NCBI GenBank assembly: GCA_946183365.1
Contig: CAMHAH010000016.1
Coordinates: 84-64,083 of the forward strand
Direction: 5' to 3'
Origin: an uncultured Clostridia bacterium
GTDB lineage: Bacteria; Bacillota; Clostridia; Oscillospirales; Acutalibacteraceae
Length of the DNA stretch: 64,000 nucleotides
This document shows positions 42,472-52,583 of the stretch, in pieces (position 1 is the stretch's first letter; each line of letters starts with the position of its first letter). The translations under genes and the position numbers were made by a program. Under the pieces are notes generated by a model, which was not told where the DNA came from, searched no databases, and was given only the letters and a program-made list of their open reading frames with translations.

Positions 42472-42945
42472 CTATTCTTTTTTTTCGTTCAGCATATCCA
42501 GTCCGTGAGTAAGATGGGGGAGGATGAAACCGAGGTTTTCGGCGGCGGCCTTTGGAGAGCCGGGGATGTTGATGATAAGGCTCTTTCCGCGGATACCCGA
42601 TATGCCTCTTGACAGCATACCTCTGGGTGTGATATCCATAGATCTGAAGCGCATATATTCAGAGATACCGGGAGCTTCTCTCTCAATGACTTCTTTTGTG
42701 GCTTCGGGAGTTACATCTCTCTCGGCAAATCCCGTGCCGCCTGTAGTGATGATAAGATGAACGCCTTTATCACACTCAGTAATCAAAGCGCTTATTATAC
42801 CATCTATATCATCCGGTATAATAAAATACTTCGATACTTCATATCCGGCTTCTTTCAACATTTCACAAACGATAGGTCCGCTCTTATCCTCGTATACTCC
42901 TGAGCTTGCTCTGTCGCTGACGGTTATTACATCGGCTATATACAT
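42472..42945 (-). CDS. mog: Molybdenum cofactor biosynthesis protein MogA/MoaB
   Basis: VSDRAS...GGTG MoCF_biosynth pattern. Confidence 0.85.
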   Translation of the reverse strand: MYIADVITVSDRASSGVYEDKSGPIVCEMLKEAGYEVSKYFIIPDDIDGIISALITECDKGVHLIITTGGTGFAERDVTPEATKEVIEREAPGISEYMRFRSMDITPRGMLSRGISGIRGKSLIINIPGSPKAAAENLGFILPHLTHGLDMLNEKKE

Positions 42946-42962
42946 GATATCCGCCTTTCTGT

Positions 42963-43979
42963 TTATTTACCGAAGCCGCAGTTCGGATAGGTGCATTTTT
43001 CACATCCAAGGCATAATCCGCCTTCACCATACTGGTTGAAATCGGTTTTGTTTAGCCTTATGCCCGCAGCTATACGCGGCATGACCAAATCGAATATAGT
43101 AGCTTTAGCGTACATAACGCACCCCGGCAGACCGAGAACCGGAGTACCGTCGTCATAATATCCGAGCAGGAACATTGCGCCCGGCAATACGGGAGCGCCG
43201 TAGGTGACTATATCGGCACCGCTTTGTTTGATAGCGCCGGGTGTGTTGTCGTCGGGGTCAACGCTCATACCGCCTGTGCATAGGATGATATCCGTCTTAC
43301 CGCGGACGCTGTTTATTGCTTTGGCAATATTATCTGTACCGTCATCGGTTTTTATATGCTCCGTTACGGATATACCGTAGGACTTGAGCTTTTCTATCAG
43401 CACAGGGGTGAATTTATCCTCGATCCTGCCGTGATATACCTCGCTGCCTGTAGTGATAACAGCGGCTGTTCTGAGCGAGTAGGGGATAATGTTCATGATA
43501 GGCTTATCGTCTGATATCTCTTTAGCTTTATTCAGCTTATCTTTGTCTATGACCAGCGGTATCACACGGGTGCCCGCGAGCTTGTCTCCTTTTTTGACGG
43601 CGGTATCTCCCTTTCGGGTCGCTATCATCAGCTCATCGACAGAGTTGATATCATACAGCTTTTTGCGGTCTATGACGAATACGCCGTCCGCTTCGGCACA
43701 GAGCTCTATTTTACCCTCTTTGACCTCTGTTCGACCGATATTATCGCCCTTGCATATATCACAGAGTATCTCAGCAGCGTCGTTTTCGTGTAGCATATTC
43801 TCGTCGAGCTCATATATGTAAAGGTTCTCTTTGCCCATGCTCAGCAGGACAGGGATATCCTCCTCGGTGACAATGTGTCCTTTTCTGAATTGAGCGCCCT
43901 TGAACTCTCCGGGGATTATGCGGGTCATATCATGACACAGAACGTGTCCTACCGCTTCGGTAGTTTTAATCAGTTTCAT
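42963..43979 (-). CDS. Molybdopterin-binding (MoeA-like/MoCF) protein with a C-terminal Cys motif
   Basis: Central TTGSEV...CTGGMSVDPDD MoCF domain. C-terminus CLGCEKCTYPNC. Confidence 0.65.
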   Translation of the reverse strand: MKLIKTTEAVGHVLCHDMTRIIPGEFKGAQFRKGHIVTEEDIPVLLSMGKENLYIYELDENMLHENDAAEILCDICKGDNIGRTEVKEGKIELCAEADGVFVIDRKKLYDINSVDELMIATRKGDTAVKKGDKLAGTRVIPLVIDKDKLNKAKEISDDKPIMNIIPYSLRTAAVITTGSEVYHGRIEDKFTPVLIEKLKSYGISVTEHIKTDDGTDNIAKAINSVRGKTDIILCTGGMSVDPDDNTPGAIKQSGADIVTYGAPVLPGAMFLLGYYDDGTPVLGLPGCVMYAKATIFDLVMPRIAAGIRLNKTDFNQYGEGGLCLGCEKCTYPNCGFGK

Positions 43980-44415
43980 TTTGTACCTCTATCGTTATCG
44001 TATCACCGGGGTGAATTTCGCCGCCGTGTATTACCTTGGCAAATACACCCTCTGTCGGCATGACGCATTTGCCTGTCAGTCTGCGTATCTCACAGTCGTT
44101 GTGACACTCCTTGCCTATCTGGGTAATCTCCAGTACCGTTGATCCTATATCAAGTCTTGTCCCGATCGGCAGAGTAACGAGCTCTATACCCTTGGTCAGG
44201 ATATTTTCGGCAAAATCCCCGGCGCTCAGCTCAGCGCCCGCGGCGCGCATTTTATCTACGCTTTCGTCAGCGAGCAGACTTATCTGTCTGTGCCAGTTGC
44301 CCGTGTGAGCGTCGCCAATGATGCCATGCTCCTCAATGACGTTGATATATGGCACCGGGTGTTTTTTTGTACCCTTCTTCTCACTTATACAGGTTGAGAT
44401 CACTTTCGCGTTCAT
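43966..44415 (-). CDS. MOSC domain protein
   Basis: GDAH...RQISLL and GENI...G pattern of MOSC beta-barrel proteins. Overlaps both neighbouring genes. Confidence 0.7.
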   Translation of the reverse strand: MNAKVISTCISEKKGTKKHPVPYINVIEEHGIIGDAHTGNWHRQISLLADESVDKMRAAGAELSAGDFAENILTKGIELVTLPIGTRLDIGSTVLEITQIGKECHNDCEIRRLTGKCVMPTEGVFAKVIHGGEIHPGDTITIEVQNETD

Positions 44416-44876
44416 CTTATAAACTCTCCGCTTTTACCGCCTGATTTATACATCAGCTTAATATCGTCTATCTCAATATCTCTTTGCACAGCCTTGCACA
44501 TATCGTATACGGTCAGCGCAGCCGCGCTAACAGCAGTCAGAGCCTCCATCTCTACCCCTGTAGAGCCTTTGCATTTCACCGTAGCGGTGATATTTATCTC
44601 TGTATCGGTCAGAGTGAAGCTTATATCGGCCGAGCTTAAAGCGAGCGGATGGCACATGGGTATGATATCCGAAGTGCGCTTTGCCGCCATTATTCCCGCG
44701 ACCTGAGCGACAGAGAGAACATCACCTTTTTTTATGCCGCCTGTCTTGATAAGCTGCATAGTGTTCTCGTTTACTATTACGGCGCCGCTTGCCGTCGCTG
44801 TTCGGTAGGTCTCTTCTTTATCGGTGACGTCTACCATTCTCGCGCGTCCCTGTTCATTTATATGGGATAATTCCAT
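44412..44876 (-). CDS. moaC: Cyclic pyranopterin monophosphate synthase
   Basis: [24 protein letters not shown] motifs. Confidence 0.9.
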   Translation of the reverse strand: MELSHINEQGRARMVDVTDKEETYRTATASGAVIVNENTMQLIKTGGIKKGDVLSVAQVAGIMAAKRTSDIIPMCHPLALSSADISFTLTDTEINITATVKCKGSTGVEMEALTAVSAAALTVYDMCKAVQRDIEIDDIKLMYKSGGKSGEFIR

Positions 44877-44877
44877 T

Positions 44878-45819
44878 TTATCCTCCGATCTCGTTCATGT
44901 TTCTTACAGCCTCTGAGCCTATGGTATCAAGCTGATGATAGAGCGGTTTGTTCAATACCGCTTTTTTGATAGCCGCTTTCAGTTCTTCGCCGTTAAGTCC
45001 TCTCAGGTCGTATTCGATATCCGAGTGAAGACATGGCTTCAGCTTTCCGTCAGCTGTTACGCGTATCTTGTCACATTTATGACAGAAGCTGTGAGAGATA
45101 GGGGATATCAGACCAATACTTCCCGAATACCCCTTGAACCGAAATACCCTCGCTACACCGTCAACGGTATAATCAGCGCCCATCAACAGGCTCTCGATAT
45201 TCTTTACGGTTATAAACATACTTTTGTCAAGAGTTTTGCTGTAGCCTATCGGCATAAGCTCAATGAACCTGAGCTGTATAGGATTATCGCGCGTCAGTTC
45301 TATGAGGGACATGACCTCGCTGTCGTTGATGCCGCCGAGCAGGACTGTGTTTATTTTAATATTATCAAAGCCCGCATCCTGTGCAGCTTTGATACCGTAA
45401 AGAGCTTCGCTCAGCTCGCCCTTGCGGGTTATCCTGCGAAAGCTCTCTTTGCCGAGAGTATCGAGGCTTATATTGAGCCTGTCCACGCCCGCGGCTTTAA
45501 GCTTTGCTGCCATACTCGGCAGCATAGAGCCGTTTGTCGTAATGCTGAGCTCGATATCGGGCGACAGAGAGCGGATGTTCTCACATAGTGTGATTATGCC
45601 TTTTCTGAGGAGTGGCTCGCCGCCTGTCAGACGTATTTTGTTTATCCCGAGCTCATATGACGCTTTTGCTATAGCTGTAAGCTCTTCTATGCTCAGGATA
45701 TCTGAGTGGCTTTTTTTATTTATACCGTCCTCGGGCATACAGTAGATACATCTGTAATTACACAGGTCTGTGACCGAGAGCCTCAGATACTTGATTAGTC
45801 TGCCGTATTTGTCTTTCAT
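44878..45819 (-). CDS. moaA: GTP 3',8-cyclase (radical SAM)
   Basis: [26 protein letters not shown]-terminal CxxCxR cluster. Confidence 0.95.
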   Translation of the reverse strand: MKDKYGRLIKYLRLSVTDLCNYRCIYCMPEDGINKKSHSDILSIEELTAIAKASYELGINKIRLTGGEPLLRKGIITLCENIRSLSPDIELSITTNGSMLPSMAAKLKAAGVDRLNISLDTLGKESFRRITRKGELSEALYGIKAAQDAGFDNIKINTVLLGGINDSEVMSLIELTRDNPIQLRFIELMPIGYSKTLDKSMFITVKNIESLLMGADYTVDGVARVFRFKGYSGSIGLISPISHSFCHKCDKIRVTADGKLKPCLHSDIEYDLRGLNGEELKAAIKKAVLNKPLYHQLDTIGSEAVRNMNEIGG

Positions 45820-45822
45820 AGA

Positions 45823-46533
45823 TCAATTACCTTGGTTTAATACCGATTTATCGTGTAGTTTATTGATTATCATTGAGAATTCGTCAGCGCTTATGGCGTC
45901 TCGGGCCTGTCCGTTTATGAGTTGTATAACTCTGTCGCTCATGCTGAGGACCTCGCTGACGTCGTGTGATACCAATACCGTATCGCCGCCGAACTCACTG
46001 ATGACATCCTTAATATATGGGATGAGCTCATATTTCAACAGGGTATCAAGTGAAGCGAACGGCTCGTCAAGCAGGATTACCTCAGGCTGAGAAGCGAAAA
46101 TACGCGCTAAGGCTACCCGCTGTTTTTCTCCGCCGGAGAGGGTAGAGGGTCTCGACCTTTCAAGCCCTGTCAGCTTGAAGCGTTCAATCAGTTCTTTTGC
46201 TTTTGATTTGCGTTCGGACTTAGGCAGATGATGCAGACCCGCTATGATGTTCTGCTCGACATCCATATCGGGGAACAGAGCGTAATCCTGGAAAAGATAT
46301 CCGATATGCCTTTTCTGAGGTGACAGATTTATCCTGTTCTCGCTGTCGAACAGAACTCTTCCGTTTAATTGTATCACACCTTTGTCGGGCTTTTCAATAC
46401 CCGCTATACATTTAAGCGACATACTTTTGCCCGCTCCGGATGCGCCGAATAAAGCGGTTATACCGTCCTTGGTCTCGATATCTACCTTAAGCATGAAACG
46501 GTCGAGGCGCTTTTCAAAATCAGCGTACAGCAT
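45823..46533 (-). CDS. modC: Molybdate ABC transporter ATP-binding protein (short form, no TOBE domain)
   Basis: GASGAGKS, LSGGEKQRVALAR, LLDEPF. ATG overlaps the modB stop (ATGA-type overlap), with AAGGAGG upstream. Confidence 0.8.
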   Translation of the reverse strand: MLYADFEKRLDRFMLKVDIETKDGITALFGASGAGKSMSLKCIAGIEKPDKGVIQLNGRVLFDSENRINLSPQKRHIGYLFQDYALFPDMDVEQNIIAGLHHLPKSERKSKAKELIERFKLTGLERSRPSTLSGGEKQRVALARIFASQPEVILLDEPFASLDTLLKYELIPYIKDVISEFGGDTVLVSHDVSEVLSMSDRVIQLINGQARDAISADEFSMIINKLHDKSVLNQGN

Positions 46534-47198
46534 CAGGCACACCTCCTTTTCGGCTTTTCAAGCAGGTTGACTATCAGCAGCACGACCGCGGATATCGCAA
46601 TATTGATAAGTACCCATTTAATAGCTAATTCGTCGTTTCCCGTACGCCACAGCTGATAGACAGCGGTTGATACCGTAGCGGTCTTGCCCGGGGTGTAACC
46701 AGCGATCATAGATGTAGCTCCGTATTCACCGAGAGCTCTCGCAAATGATAGAACGGCTCCTGCTATTATACCCTGCTTACAATACGGAATACGGATACGC
46801 CAGAATATGTAGCTGTTGCTGAGCCCGAGCGTTCTGCCTGCCGAAGCGAGATCCTCGTCAAATCTTTCAAAAGCGCCTCTCGCTGTGCGGTACATAAGCG
46901 GGAACACAACTACCGATACAGCAAAGACAGCCGACCACCACTGCATGGTCAGCCTTATTCCGTAATTCTCAAGGAAGAACTCGCCGACAGGTCTCTTGGG
47001 ACTCAACAGGAGCAGCAAAAGATAACCCACTACCGTTGGCGGCAGAACCAACGGCAGTGTGAAGATAACGTCAAGTATTCCTTTGATCAATCTCGGAGCT
47101 TTGGCTATATAATAAGCCGCCGCTATTCCGATGAAAAATACGATCACAGCAGATATAGCCGCGATCCTGAGTGAATTGAAAAGCGGGTAAAGATCCAT
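46533..47198 (-). CDS. modB: Molybdate ABC transporter permease
   Basis: The EAA-loop region (ARALGEYGAT) and its size are typical of ModB. Confidence 0.85.
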   Translation of the reverse strand: MDLYPLFNSLRIAAISAVIVFFIGIAAAYYIAKAPRLIKGILDVIFTLPLVLPPTVVGYLLLLLLSPKRPVGEFFLENYGIRLTMQWWSAVFAVSVVVFPLMYRTARGAFERFDEDLASAGRTLGLSNSYIFWRIRIPYCKQGIIAGAVLSFARALGEYGATSMIAGYTPGKTATVSTAVYQLWRTGNDELAIKWVLINIAISAVVLLIVNLLEKPKRRCA

Positions 47199-47218
47199 AT
47201 TAAACCTATATTGAATGT

Positions 47219-48040
47219 TTATGAGAGGGGAGTAAACCCTACCTTCTTGAATATTTCAGAGGCTTCTTTTGTCTTGAGATAATCAAGAAAAGCCTTGGTT
47301 TTTTCGGATTGCTTGCTCTGTTTCAGCACGGCGGCGGGATAGATGACCTGACCGCACATCTCTTCTGTAGCGGTATCAGTGACCGTCAAGCCTGCAGAAT
47401 AAGCGTCTGTCTGATAGATTATTCCGCAGTCAACGCTTCCCTCGGAGACCTGAGTAGTGACCTCTTTGACATTTGAACCGTAGGTCAGTACCTTTTTATC
47501 GGCAAGCGCCTTTTCATCAAGACCGAAGTATTTGAATATCTTCTGAGTATACTGACCGACGGGCACATCCTCGTTGCCGACAGCCATAAGGATATCTCCT
47601 TCTTCAAGGTGCTTTTTCATATCTTCATAGCTGCTGATATCCTTCTTGCTGTTTTCAGCCTTACACAGAGCGACCTTATTTTCGAGCAGATCTATCCTTG
47701 TGTCAGAGGCTATATAGCCGCCTTCTTCGAGAGCGTTCATCTGTTTTTGAGCGGCTGAGATAAACAGATCGCAGACCGAGCCCTCTTCTATCTGGGTCTT
47801 GAGAGTACCCGATGAGTCAAAATTATAGGTGATCGTAACATCCGGATCAACATTTGCGTAGAGCTTTGCGATCTCTTCAAGGGTCTCTGTCATACTTGCG
47901 GCGGCGAATACAACGATCTCAGCTTTTGCCTTTGTTTCAGTCGCCGCGGTGCTTTCGGTATTGTTGTTTTTTGAACCGCAGGCGGTAAGTACTCCTAAAA
48001 TAAATAATACAGCGAGAAAAATTGAAATTGCTTTTTTCAT
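47219..48040 (-). CDS. modA: Molybdate-binding lipoprotein
   Basis: Lipobox LTAC-G. FAAASMTE motif. Start re-set to MKKAISI. Confidence 0.85.
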   Translation of the reverse strand: MKKAISIFLAVLFILGVLTACGSKNNNTESTAATETKAKAEIVVFAAASMTETLEEIAKLYANVDPDVTITYNFDSSGTLKTQIEEGSVCDLFISAAQKQMNALEEGGYIASDTRIDLLENKVALCKAENSKKDISSYEDMKKHLEEGDILMAVGNEDVPVGQYTQKIFKYFGLDEKALADKKVLTYGSNVKEVTTQVSEGSVDCGIIYQTDAYSAGLTVTDTATEEMCGQVIYPAAVLKQSKQSEKTKAFLDYLKTKEASEIFKKVGFTPLS

Positions 48041-48053
48041 GATCAACATCCTT

Positions 48054-48127
48054 TTGTGATTTGCGTTATAATTATATCATTTATAGGATGTTGACACAAT
48101 TATTGATATACGGTATTATAGAATTAT
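48054..48127. promoter_or_regulatory. Divergent modA / iclR promoter region with a 9-bp inverted repeat
   Basis: Plus strand: TTGACA, 17 nt, TATTAT (48099-48127). Minus strand: extended -10 TGATATAAT (48079-48087). Inverted repeat CAACATCCT (48054-48062) / AGGATGTTG (48093-48101). Confidence 0.55.
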
Positions 48128-48155
48128 CATTCAGTATTACGGAATAGGTGATAGT

Positions 48156-48923
48156 ATGGAAGATAGCAAGGGAAAGGTAAAATCGCTTAATAAAGCTGTG
48201 GATTTACTTGACGCTTTATGCTCGGCTCACAGCGGGCTCAGCCTGAGTGAGCTGTCCGAAAGATGCGGTTATCCAAAGAGCACGGTACACGCTCTCGTAT
48301 CTACAATGAGAGACAGGGGGCTTATACGTCAGCTCCACGACGGTTCTTACGCTTTGGGACTGAGATTGTTTGAATACGGCTCGGCTGTATCAAGGGGCTT
48401 TGATATAAGCGCGATAGCGCGGCCGTATCTCGAGAGCCTTTCTGCTCTTACCGGAGCTAATTCGGTTATCTCTATGATTGACGGCGACAACGCTGTGTCG
48501 TTCGATTACGCCGTCAGTACCTCGGGAGTGCAGATCCTGCCTGAGATAGGGGTGAGGCTTCCTCTTCACTGTACCTCTCAAGGAAAGCTCCTGCTCGCTT
48601 TTTTGCCTCAGAATAAGGTAGCTTCTATGTACAAGAGAAAAGAGCTTATCCGATTTACTCCTCATTCAATTATTGATATATCATCGCTTTTGTCAGAACT
48701 CAGGGATATACGCGATAAGGGATACGCAGTTGAGGACGGTGAGTATAAGGTCGGCCTGCGCTCTGTATCCGCTCCTGTTTTTGACAATTCGGGAGCTTTG
48801 AGATACGCGCTGACAACTATCGGCTTTTTCCGCAGGGTGAGTTCAGAGGAGTTCTCATCCGCGACGGAAGCTACCGTTAAGCAGGCAGGTATGCTGTCGA
48901 CGGCGCTCGGATATAATAACTGA
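48156..48923 (+). CDS. IclR family transcriptional regulator
   Basis: N-terminal wHTH (LSLSELSERCGYPKSTVHALV) plus a C-terminal IclR effector domain. Confidence 0.85.
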   Translation: MEDSKGKVKSLNKAVDLLDALCSAHSGLSLSELSERCGYPKSTVHALVSTMRDRGLIRQLHDGSYALGLRLFEYGSAVSRGFDISAIARPYLESLSALTGANSVISMIDGDNAVSFDYAVSTSGVQILPEIGVRLPLHCTSQGKLLLAFLPQNKVASMYKRKELIRFTPHSIIDISSLLSELRDIRDKGYAVEDGEYKVGLRSVSAPVFDNSGALRYALTTIGFFRRVSSEEFSSATEATVKQAGMLSTALGYNN

Positions 48924-48924
48924 T

Positions 48925-48966
48925 AAAGAGGCATTGATCGCGGTTTGAATCAATGCCTCTTTTTTG
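48925..48966 (+). terminator. Terminator after the iclR-family gene
   Basis: 12-bp stem AGAGGCATTGAT/ATCAATGCCTCT, followed by a T6 run. Confidence 0.85.
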
Positions 48967-48999
48967 CTATCTAAGACGTATTTCGGGTATGAAAAATAA

Positions 49000-49227
49000 T
49001 TAAGCGGCGTTGGTGCCGTAATCACGGTCGCCCGCCTCGGTAGTATCTCTGAACAGGAGCGAGATACACCACAGAGCCGACAGAGCGACTATAACATATA
49101 CGATCCTGCTGACAATACCCGACTGACCGCCAAATAAAAACGCCACTAAGTCAAACTGAAACAGTCCTATGCTGCCCCAGTTGATACCGCCGACGATCAA
49201 CAGCGATAAAGCTATTTTATCAAGCAT
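49000..49227 (-). CDS. DUF378 membrane protein
   Basis: IVGGINWGSIGLFQFDLVAFLFG is the DUF378 signature. AGGAGG RBS. Confidence 0.8.
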   Translation of the reverse strand: MLDKIALSLLIVGGINWGSIGLFQFDLVAFLFGGQSGIVSRIVYVIVALSALWCISLLFRDTTEAGDRDYGTNAA

Positions 49228-49286
49228 TATTTAACCTCCTTACAGTAAGACTGTAATGTTAGTTTAGACAATAATGCTGTTTATAT

Positions 49287-49685
49287 TCATATAACTTTTG
49301 TTAAGTAAAGAATTAGCACGATTATACCGATAACAAACAGTATCGCCGCTACGATCTTACAGATCATCAGCGATTTTTTTAATTTATATTTATGTATCAT
49401 GATATCGGGAGGGAAGGGAAGAAAAAAGTACATTATCCCAAGTATTATCAGAGCAAACGCCGCTCCGAGAGCTCCCACATCGCGTAAAAAGGAATACAAA
49501 AATATACATATTCCTATAGCAATAACGCAAATACCGTTCACTACAGCGAACAGCTTCTGGTACTTTTCTCTCAAATCATAGAATTTATTGGTGTTGTTCT
49601 GACACTCATCTGAACAGTACATTTCATGATAAGAGATCTCTTTGGCGCAATACTCACACTTCTTCATTAGTTCATGACCTTTCAT
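49287..49685 (-). CDS. Small membrane protein with an N-terminal Cys4 zinc-ribbon-like motif
   Basis: CEYC...CSDEC followed by three hydrophobic helices. Start ambiguous (M1 or M7). Confidence 0.5.
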   Translation of the reverse strand: MKGHELMKKCEYCAKEISYHEMYCSDECQNNTNKFYDLREKYQKLFAVVNGICVIAIGICIFLYSFLRDVGALGAAFALIILGIMYFFLPFPPDIMIHKYKLKKSLMICKIVAAILFVIGIIVLILYLTKVI

Positions 49686-49810
49686 GTAATATCAACAGCA
49701 ACAATTATTCTATCACGATAAAGAGTTATTTGCAACATTTAAAACAAAAATCACTTGATTAATTGGGTAATATGTTCAAATATGAAGATAATATTTGTAG
49801 AAAAAGTGAA

Positions 49811-49839
49811 TTGAAGATATTGACTTTTTTTGTTATACT
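49811..49839 (+). promoter_or_regulatory. Promoter of the 861-aa amylase gene
   Basis: TTGAAG, 17 nt, TGtTATACT (extended -10). Confidence 0.6.
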
Positions 49840-49863
49840 AGCTATGAGGAATACTCAGATTAT

Positions 49864-49884
49864 GATAGCCGTTCTTCGGCTATC
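49864..49884 (+). other. 5' UTR stem-loop immediately upstream of the amylase RBS
   Basis: Stem GATAGCCG/CGGCTATC with a 5-nt loop, ending 5 nt before AGGAGG. Confidence 0.5.
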
Positions 49885-49901
49885 CGTTTAGGAGGAAAAT
49901 T

Positions 49902-52487
49902 ATGAAAATGAAACGAGTATTAAGCGTACTGCTCGCAGCGCTGATCGTTGTTTCGAGCTTCGCGGCAGCTACTGTAGCCGCTTCGGGCGCGAGCGCGGAT
50001 ACTGCTGTGACAGGCTCTGCATATGAAGATATGCAGACGGCGATCGCGGCTGATAACAGCTACGGATTGTCCAAGACGGTTGATCAGGGTACCATCATCC
50101 AGGCATGGAACTGGTCATTCAAGAACATTGAGGCTAACCTCGAGAAGCTCGCTTCTCAGGGCTTTACTACCATTCAGGTATCGCCTCCCAACGAGATCAA
50201 AAAAGCTACAAAGGGCGTTAAAGTAACTGCCGGCGACGACAACGGCTGGTGGATGTTCTATCAGCCCGTAGGCTTCCAGCTCAACAACAGCACAGATAAC
50301 GCTCTCGGTACAAAGGCTGAGTTCGTTTCAATGTGTAATAAGGCTCATCAGCTCGGTCTGAAGGTCATCGTTGACGCCGTTATCAACCACGTTGGCACAA
50401 AAGACGGTACTCCCGATACCGACAGCTCTGTTATGAACCATGTTAATGACAAGGTCAAGAACTTTGAGCCTGTACTCTATAACAATCAGCTTTTCCATTC
50501 TCCGTGGAAGAAGATGACATATGTTGAGAGCAACGCCTCTCAGTATGATTCTACATACGATCTTACACGTAACTGCACCTCCGGTCTTCCTGATCTGAAG
50601 ACAGAGGATCAGCGCGTTCAGGATATGATCTATGAGTATCTTGAAGAGCTGATCGAGGCAGGCGCCGACGGCTTCCGCTTTGACGCTGCTAAGCACATCG
50701 AGACTCCCGATGATATCTCAAGCCTTAAATCTGATTTCTGGACCGATACTCTTGTCAAAGTGCAGAAAAAATACTCCGACAAGGAAATCTACGCTTACGG
50801 TGAGATCCTTAATACCTGCGGTGTAAATCGTCCTTTCAGCATGTACACCAAGCTGTTTGATGTAACAGACTCCGGTTCTTATTGGAACATCAAGGACGCT
50901 GTAGTCAAGGGCGGCTCCAACGGTAACGCTATTCCTTATTATCCCAGCGCTAACTTCACAAGTAAGAACACAGTTCTGTGGGATGAGTCTCATGATACAT
51001 ACTGTGACGGCGCTACAACAAGCCTTACATCCGTTCAGCGCGGTAAGATCTGGGCTCTCGTAGCAGGTCGTAAGGACATCAGCTGCGTATACTTTGCTCG
51101 TCCCGACGATGGTACAAACGTCGGCGCGATGAACAATATCACTCTTGGTGACGCAAAATCAACATCATGGGCTAACGCGACCACTAAAGCTGTCAACCAG
51201 TTCAACAACTACTTTATAGGTCAGGATGAGTATTGCTCAAGCTCAGGTGGCACTGCCTGGATCGAGAGAGGTACTACAGGCGCTGTTATCGTTAATCTCG
51301 GCGGTACGACTACAAAGAGTGTTTCTCTTACAAACCATAAGCTCACAAACGGTACTTATAAGGACGCTATCACAGGCAACACCTTCACTGTAAGCGGCGG
51401 CAAGATCACAGGTTCCGTAGGCAACACAGGCGTAGCTTGTATCTATGAGAACAATGAGAAGCCCACCGAAGCTCCCACACAGGCTCCCGTGACCTACATC
51501 CTCGGCGATGTAGATGAGAGCAAAGAAGTCGACTCTGTTGACGCTACACTCATCATGCGCTACTCTATCAACGCTGCTACATTCACAGATCTCCAGATCC
51601 TCGAAGCTGACGTTGACGAAGACGGATTTGCTACAGTTATCGACGCTACATATATCCAGCGTTATTCTATCAAGTCATCTACACCTTATGATATCGGTGC
51701 TGTAAAGACCGTAACCGGCGGTCAGCTTCCCACAACCGCTCCTACACAGCCTTACACTCAGCCCTATACTCAGCCTGTGACTCAGCCTGAAACTCAGCAT
51801 TCCGATCCTCAGAATGTAACTCTCTACTTCTCTAACAACAAGTCATGGGACGGCGTTAATGTTTATATGTGGTCTGACGGCGGCGGCGAGTCCACTGCAT
51901 GGCCCGGTGTTGCTGCTGATTTCGTTAAAAACAATGATTACGGCGAGGGCATTTACAGCGTGACTGTCGATACCTCTGTTTACGATCATGTTATCTTCAA
52001 CGGCAGCGGCGGACAGACAGCCGATGTAGACGTTGCAGAAGCTGCTTCAATGGGTCGCGGTCTCTACTGCTTGGATCAGCAGAATGATGATGGTCACTAT
52101 CTCGTAGGCTTCTATGAGTATATAGATAATGATTATCCCACACAGTCAGAAACTACATATGTTGAGCCGCCCACCTATAATGATAATAAAGATTATTTCC
52201 TGCTTACCGATAACTTTGGTTGGGGTACAGCTTATGTTTACGCGTGGGATGCTAACGGTAACGCTCTCGTAGGCGAGTGGCCCGGCGCTGCTCAGGCAGA
52301 GACTGTCACCAATGAATATGGTCAGACCCAGTTCAAGTGCTATATCCCCGAGGACGCGGTAGGCGTTATCCTAAATAACGGTAACGGCGCTCAGACTGAG
52401 GATATCACAGATTTCAGCTACGCCGGCTACTGGATGGACGGCTCTAAAAACGACAAAGGTCATTTTAAAGTAATCGGCTGGAACTGA
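49902..52487 (+). CDS. Secreted GH13 alpha-amylase with an internal dockerin and two starch-binding-like modules
   Basis: Signal peptide. GH13 regions VIVDAVINHVG, GFRFDAAKH, YGEIL, WDESHD. Dockerin GDVDESKEVD...DVDEDGFAT. Confidence 0.9.
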   Translation: MKMKRVLSVLLAALIVVSSFAAATVAASGASADTAVTGSAYEDMQTAIAADNSYGLSKTVDQGTIIQAWNWSFKNIEANLEKLASQGFTTIQVSPPNEIKKATKGVKVTAGDDNGWWMFYQPVGFQLNNSTDNALGTKAEFVSMCNKAHQLGLKVIVDAVINHVGTKDGTPDTDSSVMNHVNDKVKNFEPVLYNNQLFHSPWKKMTYVESNASQYDSTYDLTRNCTSGLPDLKTEDQRVQDMIYEYLEELIEAGADGFRFDAAKHIETPDDISSLKSDFWTDTLVKVQKKYSDKEIYAYGEILNTCGVNRPFSMYTKLFDVTDSGSYWNIKDAVVKGGSNGNAIPYYPSANFTSKNTVLWDESHDTYCDGATTSLTSVQRGKIWALVAGRKDISCVYFARPDDGTNVGAMNNITLGDAKSTSWANATTKAVNQFNNYFIGQDEYCSSSGGTAWIERGTTGAVIVNLGGTTTKSVSLTNHKLTNGTYKDAITGNTFTVSGGKITGSVGNTGVACIYENNEKPTEAPTQAPVTYILGDVDESKEVDSVDATLIMRYSINAATFTDLQILEADVDEDGFATVIDATYIQRYSIKSSTPYDIGAVKTVTGGQLPTTAPTQPYTQPYTQPVTQPETQHSDPQNVTLYFSNNKSWDGVNVYMWSDGGGESTAWPGVAADFVKNNDYGEGIYSVTVDTSVYDHVIFNGSGGQTADVDVAEAASMGRGLYCLDQQNDDGHYLVGFYEYIDNDYPTQSETTYVEPPTYNDNKDYFLLTDNFGWGTAYVYAWDANGNALVGEWPGAAQAETVTNEYGQTQFKCYIPEDAVGVILNNGNGAQTEDITDFSYAGYWMDGSKNDKGHFKVIGWN
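51500..51674 (+). other. Dockerin module (internal) of the amylase
   Basis: GDVDESKEVDSVDATLIMRY and DVDEDGFATVIDATYIQRY. Confidence 0.85.
51747..51797 (+). repeat. 12-nt x4 tandem repeat encoding a (QPxT)4 linker
   Basis: CAGCCTTACACT CAGCCCTATACT CAGCCTGTGACT CAGCCTGAAACT. Confidence 0.85.
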
Positions 52488-52550
52488 TATCAGCATTTAA
52501 GTGAATTCATTAATAAAGGGAGCAGGCTTAGGTCTGCTCCCGTTTTATTA
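52197..52550 (+). repeat. C-terminal starch-binding-like module plus terminator, paralogous to 22344-22693
   Basis: Encodes FLLTDNFGWGTAYVYAWDANGN...; compare FLLTDNFGWGTAYVYAWDADGN... in the pullulanase. Confidence 0.85.
52518..52550 (+). terminator. Amylase terminator
   Basis: GGGAGCAG-GCTTAGGT-CTGCTCCC followed by GTTTTATTA. Differs from the pullulanase terminator stem-loop by one loop base. Confidence 0.85.
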
Positions 52551-52583
52551 GACTTGTTTTTATCTTTGAAACAGGAGAAAGAT

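Noticed and set aside
48041-48155. Possible Moco riboswitch upstream of modA (and upstream of moaA)
   Set aside because: The predicted modA leader is only about 30 nt. moaA follows modC after 3 nt. There is no room for an RNA of ~130 nt.
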